DNA of 64,000 bases from contig CAVZZO010000003.1 in the NCBI GenBank assembly GCA_963779755.1, positions 1,344,001 to 1,408,000 on the forward strand. The letters are read 5' to 3'. This document shows positions 52,081 to 60,716 of the stretch, in pieces. The notes beneath the pieces were generated by a model that was not told the origin of the DNA, searched no databases, and saw nothing but the letters and a program-made list of their open reading frames with translations. Every line of letters begins with the position of its first letter. The stretch's first letter is position 1. The DNA is from an uncultured Gemmatimonadales bacterium (GTDB taxonomy: Bacteria; Gemmatimonadota; Gemmatimonadetes; Gemmatimonadales; GWC2-71-9). Both the position numbers and the translations under genes were made by a program.

Positions 52081-52765
52081 GGACTGGGGACTGGGGACTG
52101 GGGACTGGGGAGTGAGGAGTGAGGAGTGAGGAGTGAGGACAGACTCCACCCGAAGCCGATGGCTCCCGGAGCGGGCGTAGGTGCCCAGGCACAGCGGGGA
52201 ACCAACCCCCTGTTAGCATCTCCAGCCCGCGGAGGGAGCCACGGCGAGGGTGGGCGATGGACTGAGGAATGAGGACTGAGGACTGAGGACTGAGTCCACC
52301 CGAAGCCGATGGCTCCCGGAGCGGGCGTAGGTGCCCCTGCACAGTGGGGAGCCAATCCCCTGTTAGCACCTCCAGGCCGCGGAGGGAGCCACGACGAGGG
52401 TGGGCGATGGACTCAGGAATGAGGACTGAGGACTGAGGACTGAGGACTGAGGACTGAGTCCACCCGAAGCCGATGGCTCCCGGAGCGGGCGTAGGTGCCC
52501 ATGCACAGTGGGGAGCCAATCCCCTGTTAGCACCTCCAGGCCGCGGAGGGAGCCACGGCGAGGGTGGGCGATGGACTGAGGAATGAGGACTGAGGACTGA
52601 GGACTGAGTCCACCCGAAGCCGATGGCTCCCGGAGCGGGCGTAGGTGCCCAGGCACAGCGGGGAACCAACCCCCTGTTAGCATCTCCAGGCCGCGGAGGG
52701 AGCCACGGCGAGGGTGGACGATGGACTGAGGACTGAGGACTGAGGACTGAGGACTGAGGACTGAG
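52063..52765 (+). repeat. Array of four 116-bp family-A hairpin units separated by (TGAGGAC)n
   Basis: Units at 52145-52260, 52295-52410, 52459-52574 and 52609-52724; periods 150/164/150. Confidence 0.95.
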
Positions 52766-52777
52766 CGGAAAAGTAGT

Positions 52778-52831
52778 GCCGGCGCAGGCACCACCGAACC
52801 GGGCGAATCGGATCGGTGCTGCCGGAACCGG
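52778..52831 (+). repeat. Family-B hairpin core with alternative apical loop
   Basis: GCCGGCGCAGGCACCACCGAACCG-GGCGAAT-CGGATCGGTGCTGCCGGAACCGG. Confidence 0.85.
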
Positions 52832-52865
52832 GAACCGGACCCGTCAGCCAAACGCCGGGAGCTTC

Positions 52866-53330
52866 ATGAGGTACTTCCAGACCTGCCTGCTTCTCCTGTT
52901 GGCCGCCGCCTGTAGCGGGGAACGCGGGCGCGCCCGGCCGCCCGCCCAGGCCGGGGCCACGGCTGCCCCGCCGCAGGTGCGCTACGATCAGCATGTCTTC
53001 GCCGGCGGGGTCGCACCCGCGGCGGACAGCATGTCCAATCCCTACGCCAACGATGCGTCTTCGGTCCAGGCCGGCGAGCAGCTCTTCGGCTCGATGAACT
53101 GCGACGGCTGCCATGGCGGGCCACCGACCGGCTTCGTGGGCCCCAGTCTGGTTGACGGGCGCTGGCGCTACGGCGGCGCCGACGGGGCGGTCTTCCAGTC
53201 CATCTTCTACGGCCGTCCGCGCGGCATGCCCGCCTACGGCGGCCTGCTCACCACTGAGATGATCTGGAAGCTGGTGACCTACATCAAGAGCCAGCCGGTA
53301 TCGGACGATGTGCCGACGGAAAGATGGTGA
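52866..53330 (+). CDS. Mono-heme c-type cytochrome lipoprotein (cytochrome cL/XoxG-like partner)
   Basis: Lipobox LAAAC, NPY...G.QLF..MNCDGCHG, GPSL.DG.WRYG, GMPAYG. Confidence 0.88.
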   Translation: MRYFQTCLLLLLAAACSGERGRARPPAQAGATAAPPQVRYDQHVFAGGVAPAADSMSNPYANDASSVQAGEQLFGSMNCDGCHGGPPTGFVGPSLVDGRWRYGGADGAVFQSIFYGRPRGMPAYGGLLTTEMIWKLVTYIKSQPVSDDVPTERW

Positions 53331-53404
53331 ACACTGGTAAGGCGTGAGGCGTGTGCACGCCTGAGCCCTTACGCCTCACGAAAATCATCCCGAGGCCCGT
53401 ACGG

Positions 53405-53887
53405 ATGAGCCAACCTCCCATTCACCCTGAAACGGTCATCGGTCACATCCATCTCAAGGTGGCCGATCTCGACCGGGCCCTCCGGTTCTACCGTGACGTG
53501 CTCGGGTTCGAGGAGACCCAGCGCTACCCCGGCGCGGCCTTCCTCTCGGCCGGCGGCTATCACCATCATATCGGTCTCAATACCTGGGAAAGCGGAGGCG
53601 GCACGCCGCCACCGCCGGGCTCCACGGGACTCTATCATATCGCTATCCGCTACCCCAGGCGCGCCGAGCTGGCCGACGCGCTGCGGCGCCTGCGCACGGC
53701 CGGCATTCAGCTCGATGGCGCCGCCGACCACGGGGTGAGCGAGGCACTCTACCTGCGCGACCCCGACCAGAACGGCGTCGAGCTGTACTGGGACAGACCC
53801 GAGGCAGACTGGCCACGCAACCCCGACGGAACGCTGGCGATGACCACCGGAAGGCTGGACCTGGGGGCCCTGCTCGACGAGACATAA
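53405..53887 (+). CDS. VOC/glyoxalase family protein (CatE-like)
   Basis: IGHIHLKVADL, AGGYHHHIGLNTW, DHGVSEALYLRDPDQNGVELY. Confidence 0.9.
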   Translation: MSQPPIHPETVIGHIHLKVADLDRALRFYRDVLGFEETQRYPGAAFLSAGGYHHHIGLNTWESGGGTPPPPGSTGLYHIAIRYPRRAELADALRRLRTAGIQLDGAADHGVSEALYLRDPDQNGVELYWDRPEADWPRNPDGTLAMTTGRLDLGALLDET

Positions 53888-53910
53888 GATCTGAATTGCC
53901 GCTTCGGTCT

Positions 53911-53972
53911 TCTTACTTCTCACATCTTACTTCTTACGCCTTACGCCTTACGCCTCACGCCTCACGCCTCAC
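53911..53972 (-). repeat. Mixed heptamer run (GTGAGGC / GTAAGGC / GTAAGAA)
   Basis: Tandem 7-mers covering the stop of the PafC-like gene. Confidence 0.85.
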
Positions 53973-54891
53973 CTCTCGCGTCTACGCTCTCAAGAAGCCG
54001 TTGCCGGTAGTACTCCGGCTCCTCCACCACCGCATCTTCCCCGTACTGCAGCACCTGCCGTATCAGCCAGTCGGCACTGGCGACCCGGTAGGTCACCACC
54101 CAGGAACCATCCGGCTCCAGGCTGCCCTCGGGATGGCGCTCCCGGATCCAGCGGCTGATCCGGGGCGAGAAGCGAACCCGGACGGCGTCTACTCCGTCTT
54201 CCGGCTCGAGGAAGAGGCCGTCCGGTCCGGTCACCGGCTCGAAATCCGCCCGGGGTGTGAAGCGGCCGCCCGCCGGCTCGACCTCCAGGATCCGGTCCAT
54301 CCGGAACCGCCGCCAGGCCTGCGCGCGCTCACACCAGCCGATGACATAGGTCTTCCCTTCGGCGCTCACCATCTGGTGCGGCTGAATGACGCGCTCGGTG
54401 CCTTCCCCCGCGCTCAACCCGGCATAGACGATGCGCAGCCGCAAATGGTCCCGCACCGCCTGCGCCGGCAGCGGATGCTCCCCGCCGTCTCCCGACGCCA
54501 GCGACCAGCCGGCCCGGTCCGATGGATGCCCCAGCAGCGCGGCCAGTTCGGTCTGCAGCGGATGTTCCGCATGCTCCTGTCCGGCCAGGCCCAGCTGAAT
54601 CGCAAGCAGCTCGTCGGGAAAGAACCGGATGGGGCGGCGGAAGGGGCCGCCGCTGGAGACCGCAACCCGATCGCCTTCCTGCCACACGCGCAGCGACAGC
54701 AGCCACTCGGCATCGGGCGTCTCGCCCAGCAGCGTCAGGGCCCGCAGATCGGCGCTGATCTGCCCGGTCGTGGTGTCCAGGAGGCGGGCCAGCTCATTCA
54801 GGCCGATCTCGCTCCGGCCGTTCCGGTCGGCGCGGGTGAGATGGGCGACGAGCGACACGATCCGGTTCAGCTGCAGCGCGGAGTTGGTCAT
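53962..54891 (-). CDS. WYL-domain regulator, PafC-like
   Basis: N-terminal wHTH (IGLNELARLL...ISADL), WYL (ERVIQP, TYVIGWC, RRFRMDRI), WCX (LIRQVLQYG...VEEP). Confidence 0.85.
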   Translation of the reverse strand: MTNSALQLNRIVSLVAHLTRADRNGRSEIGLNELARLLDTTTGQISADLRALTLLGETPDAEWLLSLRVWQEGDRVAVSSGGPFRRPIRFFPDELLAIQLGLAGQEHAEHPLQTELAALLGHPSDRAGWSLASGDGGEHPLPAQAVRDHLRLRIVYAGLSAGEGTERVIQPHQMVSAEGKTYVIGWCERAQAWRRFRMDRILEVEPAGGRFTPRADFEPVTGPDGLFLEPEDGVDAVRVRFSPRISRWIRERHPEGSLEPDGSWVVTYRVASADWLIRQVLQYGEDAVVEEPEYYRQRLLESVDARGEA

Positions 54892-54904
54892 GGCGCGCTC
54901 CGCC

Positions 54905-55981
54905 TCAACTGTAAAGCGCGGCCACGCGCTGCCGCATGCCGCCGAGCTCCGCAGCCAGCGTGTGGGGCGAGACGATCCGGGCCTGCCGGCCGAAGGTCAG
55001 CAGCCAGCGAAGAAAGGGATTGGTGTCGCGCACCGCGAACTCGAGCAGCGCCCCGGCATCGTCCAGCAGCGGATCGATCACCCGGCCCAGGCCGCGGGCC
55101 TGGACCCGGCGGGAATCGGGAAAGGCGAACCGTACCCGCACCTTGACCGGCTCGTGGTCCGACAGGTCCCACGGCGGCCGATCGACGTAGCTGCGGATGG
55201 AGAACCCGGCGGGCGGCTCGAACCGGCCCGCCCGGCCGGTCAGCGCGCGCGCCCCGCGCATCCGGTCTATCCGGAAGACGCGCAGCGCGTCGCGGTTCCG
55301 CGCCCGCGCCACACAGTACCAGCGGCCCCAGTTGAAGAAGATGCCGCAGGGTTCGATCTCGCGCGTCTCCAGTTCATCGCGCCCGATGGTGTAGTACTCG
55401 CAGGAGACGGCGATCCGCTCCGCGACCGCGCGCTGCAGAACCTGCAGGGCCCTGGTGCCTTCATCCGGCAGGGGCGAGGACAGCGCGCGCTCCACGGCCG
55501 CGGCGGGAAGCGGGAGGTCGAACTCGAGTTTGCGCCGCGCGCTGGCGGCGGCGCGGGAAAAGGGCGGCACGCCCATGGCCGCGACGCGGGCAGTCGCCTC
55601 GTCCAGAGCACGAAGCTCATCCGGCGACACGACAATGCGGTGCAAACCGCGATAGGGCAGCTCCCGTCCGCTGCCGGCCGGCTCCAGCTCGAGGTAGGGA
55701 GCGTAGAACCCGCGGGGCAGGAGGCGATAGCCCTGGGCCGGCTCGTCGCCGGGGGCATCCGGCATCGGCACCGTTTCGATTTCGATGCCGAGGCCGCGAA
55801 GTTCGTCCTTGTCCCGTTCGAAGGCGCGGCGGGCCGACTCCTGCGCCGTGGCGTCGGCGCCGGCGGGATCGTCCAGATACCCCCGTACCCTGGCAAAGAT
55901 GTCCTCCCGCGTCACCGGATAACGGTGCTGCAGGAGATAGGCGATGAGATCGAGCCAGCGTGCGGTCTTGGCGGTGCTCAC
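54905..55981 (-). CDS. WYL-domain regulator, PafB-like
   Basis: RWLDLIAYLL...VRGY...RRAFERDKDELRGLGI (PafB hallmark), REIEPCG, GRWYCVA, RVFRIDR, WCX WLLTFG. Confidence 0.88.
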   Translation of the reverse strand: MSTAKTARWLDLIAYLLQHRYPVTREDIFARVRGYLDDPAGADATAQESARRAFERDKDELRGLGIEIETVPMPDAPGDEPAQGYRLLPRGFYAPYLELEPAGSGRELPYRGLHRIVVSPDELRALDEATARVAAMGVPPFSRAAASARRKLEFDLPLPAAAVERALSSPLPDEGTRALQVLQRAVAERIAVSCEYYTIGRDELETREIEPCGIFFNWGRWYCVARARNRDALRVFRIDRMRGARALTGRAGRFEPPAGFSIRSYVDRPPWDLSDHEPVKVRVRFAFPDSRRVQARGLGRVIDPLLDDAGALLEFAVRDTNPFLRWLLTFGRQARIVSPHTLAAELGGMRQRVAALYS

Positions 55982-55989
55982 GGAGAGAT

Positions 55990-56011
55990 AAGGTACCGCC
56001 GGGGTGGGACA
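55990..56011 (-). promoter_or_regulatory. Candidate PafBC/RecA-NDp-type promoter
   Basis: TGTC-CCACCCCGGCGG(12 nt)-TACCTT, 8 nt before the GTG start. Confidence 0.5.
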
Positions 56012-56072
56012 GCGCTAGGGGGCCAAAGAACTGAGGAGAAGCGTGAGGATAGCACCGAGGACCCAAGCCAGG

Positions 56073-56153
56073 TGTCACCCTGAGGGAGCGCAGCGACCGA
56101 AGGGGCCGAAATCCGGGGAGGGCTTCGGCCCCTTCGCTCCGCTCAGGGTGACA
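56073..56153. repeat. REP-like hairpin TGTCACCCTGAG...CTCAGGGTGACA
   Basis: 12-bp outer inverted repeat plus an inner CGAAGGGGCCGAA/TTCGGCCCCTTCG stem. Confidence 0.8.
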
Positions 56154-56187
56154 ATCGAATCCACTCAGTCCTCAGTCTCGTTCTCTC

Positions 56188-58251
56188 CTACCTGTCCCAC
56201 GCCTCCCGCATCCGCTGAATCAGGTCCCGCATTTCCGCGCGCACCCGGACCTTGAGGGATCCGATGCTGATGGTCCAGTCGCCGCCCTGGTGGAGGTTGC
56301 AGCGTTCCGTCGGTTCGGTGCCCGCGCGAAACCATTCCCGCCGGGTGGTGGGGCAGTACCAGCCCGCCAGCATGCCCGACTCCGGGTCGATGTCCGCTTC
56401 CACCACGCCCTCCGGCGGCACCCAGTCCGCGTCCGAGTCGTGCCAGCCATGGCGGTAGAACGAAGCCCAGGCCGGCGCGGCGAGCCGCCCGCCTGAAGCG
56501 CCCCGCCCCAGCGATTGCGGCGTATCGCGCCCGAACCAGAAGCCGGCCACCATGGTGGGCGTGTAGCCCACGAACCAGACGTCGGCACCGTTGTTGGTGG
56601 TACCGGTCTTTCCCGCCGCGGGGCCATACACGCCCAAGCGACGGATGGCGGTCCCGGTACCTTCATCCACCACCGACTGCAGCATGGAGGTCACCAGGAA
56701 GGCGGTCACCGAATCGAGCACCTGCCGGGGGCCGGCCGGCCGCCCGCGGTACACGGTATCGCCGCCCGTTTCGATGCTACGCGCAAACCAGGGCTCGACC
56801 CGCCAGCCGCCGTTGGCCAGGGGGACGTAGCCGGTCACCAGCTCGAGCGGTGTGACCTCCGCCGAACCCAGGGCCAGCGACGGCACCAGCGGCAGGCGGC
56901 TCTCGATGCCCATGCGGTGTGCCAGCTCGGCGATGGGACGAACTCCCACCGCCTGGCTCACCCGCACGGTGGCGGCATTGGCCGACAGCGCCAGCGCGTC
57001 CCGCAGCGTGACCCGGCCGGCGTAATCGCCGCCGTAGTTGGCGGGCTGCCAGGGATGTCCGTCGTTGGCGACCTCCACCGGAACATCGTCGACCAGGGTG
57101 GCGGGCGTGAGGCCGGCCTGCAGCGCGGCCGCATAGACGAAAGGCTTGAAGGCCGAGCCCGGCTGGCGCCGGGCCTGGGACGCGCGGTCGAAGCCGCTGC
57201 CCGCGACCTCGGTGCCGCCTACCGTCGCCAGCATGCCCCCGCTGGCCGGGTCGATCGCCACCATCGCGCCCTCCACGTTCCGCCCGATGGCCGCCGCACG
57301 GTCGCGAACGGCGCGTTCGGCCGCCTGCTGGGCGGCACGATCGAACGTGGTGCGCACGGTAATTTCGCCGTACCAGGGGCGGCCGTGCATCACCGAATCC
57401 ACCAGCGCGCGTGCCGCCGCCACCGCGTAACTGGGCTGTTCCGGCGGACTCCAGCCGCGCCGCGACACCCGTAGCCGCTGCTGCGACGCCTTCTCCGCCT
57501 CCCGGGCGCTGATGAACCCCTGCCGCGCCATCAGCGACAGTACCAGATCGCGCCGCGCGCGCGCCCGCTCCGGGTGAGCGCGGGGATCGTACACCGAGGG
57601 CGCCCGGGGCAGCGCCGCGAGCGTCGCCGCTTCGGCTAGCGAGAGCCGGGAAACCGGCTTGCCGAAGAACTCCCGGCTGGCCGCCTCCACCCCGTAGGTC
57701 CCATCGCCCAGGTAGATCAGGTTCAGATACAGCGAGAGGATCTGGTCCTTGCTCAGGACCTTCTCGATCCTGGGGGCCAGGTGCAGTTCGATCAGTTTCC
57801 GGCCCAACCGGGAAGCGGCGGAGCGGTCGAGAAATCCGCTCCGCACCACCTGCATGGTGAGGGTGGAAGCGCCCTCGCGCACCCCCAGCGACGATACGTC
57901 GCGCCAGAGGGCCCGGCCGATGCCGCGCCAGTCCACGCCATGATGCTGATAGAACCGCCGGTCTTCTACCGCAATGAACGCCTCCCGCACGCTCTCGGGA
58001 ATGCGGTCGAGCGGCACCACCACCCGGCGCACCGGGTTCAGGTGCCCCAGGAGGCGGTCGTGCCGGTCCAGCACCCGACCGCCCTCGGAAGGGCGGAAGG
58101 CGCGGATATCGTGAAGCGACGGACAGCCGCGAAGCCCGCAGCTGGTGCTGTAGAGTGAAGCGGAGAGAATGCCCAGCGCCGGCAGGACCACCAGCCCGGT
58201 CAGGATCCGGCGGCGATTGCGGCGAAAGAATGGGGCGAGGTGCAGCGGCAT
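56188..58251 (-). CDS. Class A penicillin-binding protein (PBP1A family)
   Basis: EDRRFYQHHG, GASTLTMQ, RKLIE, YLN; transpeptidase SAFK, SAN, KTGT. Confidence 0.93.
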   Translation of the reverse strand: MPLHLAPFFRRNRRRILTGLVVLPALGILSASLYSTSCGLRGCPSLHDIRAFRPSEGGRVLDRHDRLLGHLNPVRRVVVPLDRIPESVREAFIAVEDRRFYQHHGVDWRGIGRALWRDVSSLGVREGASTLTMQVVRSGFLDRSAASRLGRKLIELHLAPRIEKVLSKDQILSLYLNLIYLGDGTYGVEAASREFFGKPVSRLSLAEAATLAALPRAPSVYDPRAHPERARARRDLVLSLMARQGFISAREAEKASQQRLRVSRRGWSPPEQPSYAVAAARALVDSVMHGRPWYGEITVRTTFDRAAQQAAERAVRDRAAAIGRNVEGAMVAIDPASGGMLATVGGTEVAGSGFDRASQARRQPGSAFKPFVYAAALQAGLTPATLVDDVPVEVANDGHPWQPANYGGDYAGRVTLRDALALSANAATVRVSQAVGVRPIAELAHRMGIESRLPLVPSLALGSAEVTPLELVTGYVPLANGGWRVEPWFARSIETGGDTVYRGRPAGPRQVLDSVTAFLVTSMLQSVVDEGTGTAIRRLGVYGPAAGKTGTTNNGADVWFVGYTPTMVAGFWFGRDTPQSLGRGASGGRLAAPAWASFYRHGWHDSDADWVPPEGVVEADIDPESGMLAGWYCPTTRREWFRAGTEPTERCNLHQGGDWTISIGSLKVRVRAEMRDLIQRMREAWDR

Positions 58252-58324
58252 CCGACCTCCGGGGGGCATACCTGAGATGCCCTACGTTCCCCGGAGGATG
58301 CGTGTTTCATCCTGCACCGTACGC

Positions 58325-58522
58325 CTAATCGCGCCGGGCTACCCGGCGCTTGCGGCCCCGGCGGCGGGCGGCGGCGGCCTTGATGCGGCGGGCGGCACTG
58401 GGCTTCTCATAATGCCGGCGCCGGCGCAACTCCTTGAACAATCCGGACTTCAACAGCTTGCGGCGGAAGGCCTTGAGGGCGCGTTCCACGCTCTCCCCTT
58501 CCCGCAGATCCACCTGGGTCAT
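58325..58522 (-). CDS. rpsU: 30S ribosomal protein S21
   Basis: ESVERALKAFRRK...RHYEKPS. Confidence 0.92.
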   Translation of the reverse strand: MTQVDLREGESVERALKAFRRKLLKSGLFKELRRRRHYEKPSAARRIKAAAARRRGRKRRVARRD

Positions 58523-58597
58523 GCCTGCTCCTCTCTGAAAGCAGAAGGCCGGCCCGCCATGCGGCGAGCCGGCCGTTCTTCTGGAGGCCGGTAGTCC

Positions 58598-58810
58598 TTA
58601 CTGGCCGAGCTTGACGACGTTCTCCGCCGCGGGGCCCTTGGCGCCCTGGACGATGTCGAACTCGACCCGCTCACCCTCGCTGAGGCTCTTGAAGCCGTTC
58701 GCCTGGATGGACGAGTGATGGACAAAGCAGTCCTTCTGGCCGCCTTCGGGGGTGATGAAACCAAAGCCCTTGGCGTCGTTGAACCACTTCACCGTGCCGG
58801 TGGTACGCAT
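58598..58810 (-). CDS. cspA: Cold-shock protein
   Basis: [15 protein letters not shown] (RNP1), CFVHHS (RNP2), [16 protein letters not shown]. Confidence 0.93.
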   Translation of the reverse strand: MRTTGTVKWFNDAKGFGFITPEGGQKDCFVHHSSIQANGFKSLSEGERVEFDIVQGAKGPAAENVVKLGQ

Positions 58811-59174
58811 GTTCCTGCTCCTGTGCTGTGGTAATCGGGTGCCGGACATGCCGTACGACCGACTACGCAATGTGCGTGAATCAGACCCTCACGCCGGGCT
58901 CGGCCGCCGGTGCGCTTGCATGCGCAACTTCAGAGACGACGGCCGAAGATCAAATGGGGACCGGCTACCAAGGCCGGCCCCCAGTAAACGCTACTCGGAT
59001 TGGGAAAAATGCTCCCAACGCAGAATATGAAGATAGGGGCGAAGCGCCGTTTTGGCAAGCCTGCCATGGGCCTTACCCCGCCGTCCCGCACCCGGGGGAT
59101 CCCCTGTCGGCTCCGGGGATCCCCTGTCCCCCTTCCCGGTCGGGAAGGGGGCCCCGGGCCACGCCTCCACATGC

Positions 59175-60551
59175 CTAGGGATTATCGATCGGCAGCCCGC
59201 TCGGCACCCATGCCGGCACCGGACTGGGGTGGTGCCGCGGATCGTCCGTCAGGGCGGTCATGAAGTCGGCCAGGTGATCCACGATGGAATCCGGAATGAC
59301 GACGCCGTTGATGATGGTATCGCGGGTACTGAGAATCTCGGCGGCCGTGGGGAGCAGGGTGTTCTGGAGCAACGGCTCCAACTGCCCCGGGTCGTAGTTC
59401 TGGAGCTGCACGTCGGACTGGCTGTAGTGGGCGATGAAGTCGCGCAGCTGGGGGAATGCTCCGTCGTGCCCGTAGGGGCCCGTGAGCATCACGTTGCGCA
59501 GCGGGGTGGTGCGGAAGGTATAGCGCATCGCGGCTTCGTTGTTCACCATGGCCCGTCCATAGTCGTCTCTCCCGCCCGCGCCCACGCCCTTTCCCGGGCC
59601 AAACTGCGCGATGGCGACGTTATGGAACTGATTGTCGCTGAACGCGGGGCCGTTGTGGCAGATGGAGCACTTGAGTTTCATGAAGTCGCGCGCACCCACC
59701 AGCTGCGCCTGGGTCAGGGCCTGGTTGTTGCCGGCCAGGAAGCGATCCCAGCGCGATTGGTTGAAGTTGAACCTGTCCACCAGGAAGCCGGCGATGGCAT
59801 TGCTGGCATACGCGAAATCCATGTCCTTGAACTTCACGCGGGGGTAGGCGGCCTCGAACATCCGCACATACTGCGGAATGGCCCCCAGCCGCTTCATCTC
59901 CATGGCCCAGATGCTGTCCATCATCGCATCGGGAATGGCGGCCAGCTCGTTTCCGTCGAAGCCCCGCATCTCGTCACGGGCGAGCACGGGGAACATCGGC
60001 TGGGCCGACAGCGCGCCGAACTCGAACACCCGCTTCATTGCCGGCGTCAGTGCCTGCCCGGCCGGAGTGAAGACGTGTCCCGTGGAGTCCTGATACACCC
60101 GCCCGTCCCAGAAGAAGCTCGTCAGGGCGGTCAGGTTATAGAGGGGCGGCGCGTTGCGCGGAATGAACCGGTTCTCCGGGTGTACCCGATTCGGGCCGAG
60201 TCCGGTTGCCCCTTCGCCGATGGACAGACTCCGGGTGTCGCCCGTGCCGTAGGCCGGCAGGTGACAGGTCATGCACGAGATGTCGTGGTTACCCGAGAGG
60301 ATCTTGTCGAAGGCCAGGGCCCGGCCCAGCCGCACCAGGGCCGCCCGCACCGGGGGAGGCGACTGGAGCGGGCCGATACCCCGGGCGGCCGCGAGGATCC
60401 GAACGCTGTCGGCCAGGCTGGTTATCGCGGCCTCGTTGAGCACGGAACCCGGTTCCGGTGAGCTGGGGCCGTCGATGCCGCAACCGGCCAGGAACAGGCC
60501 CGAGGCCAGCACGGCCAGCACGGCTCGGCGGGAGATGGGGGATACTCGCAT
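59175..60551 (-). CDS. Di-heme cytochrome c peroxidase / MauG family lipoprotein
   Basis: LSGNHDISCMTCH, RNAP, FFWDGR, CSICH, FRTTPLRNV...PYGHDG; lipobox LAGC. Confidence 0.88.
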   Translation of the reverse strand: MRVSPISRRAVLAVLASGLFLAGCGIDGPSSPEPGSVLNEAAITSLADSVRILAAARGIGPLQSPPPVRAALVRLGRALAFDKILSGNHDISCMTCHLPAYGTGDTRSLSIGEGATGLGPNRVHPENRFIPRNAPPLYNLTALTSFFWDGRVYQDSTGHVFTPAGQALTPAMKRVFEFGALSAQPMFPVLARDEMRGFDGNELAAIPDAMMDSIWAMEMKRLGAIPQYVRMFEAAYPRVKFKDMDFAYASNAIAGFLVDRFNFNQSRWDRFLAGNNQALTQAQLVGARDFMKLKCSICHNGPAFSDNQFHNVAIAQFGPGKGVGAGGRDDYGRAMVNNEAAMRYTFRTTPLRNVMLTGPYGHDGAFPQLRDFIAHYSQSDVQLQNYDPGQLEPLLQNTLLPTAAEILSTRDTIINGVVIPDSIVDHLADFMTALTDDPRHHPSPVPAWVPSGLPIDNP

Positions 60552-60716
60552 GGTCTTGGGGGGCGCCAGGCGCGGTATAGGGGAGTCCGCCCGAACCAGA
60601 GCGGCTGGGCGGACCGATATCTGGTAATCGGAATCGGCCGGCCGGAGGGGACACGGCTTCCTCCAACCGGCTCCGGGCGATAATGTGGGGGAATCACGTC
60701 CGCAGGATACCGACCG

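Noticed and set aside
52145..52724. CRISPR array
   Set aside because: Repeats are 116 bp, the spacers are low-complexity heptamer runs rather than unique sequences, and there are no cas genes in the window.
51881..52851. Minus-strand ORFs with QSSVLSP repeats
   Set aside because: Translations of the stop-free strand of the heptamer/hairpin array; no RBS or protein features.
60500..60551. Tat signal (SRRAVL) on the peroxidase
   Set aside because: c-type cytochromes are normally Sec-exported before heme attachment; the motif is weak and better explained as a basic n-region.
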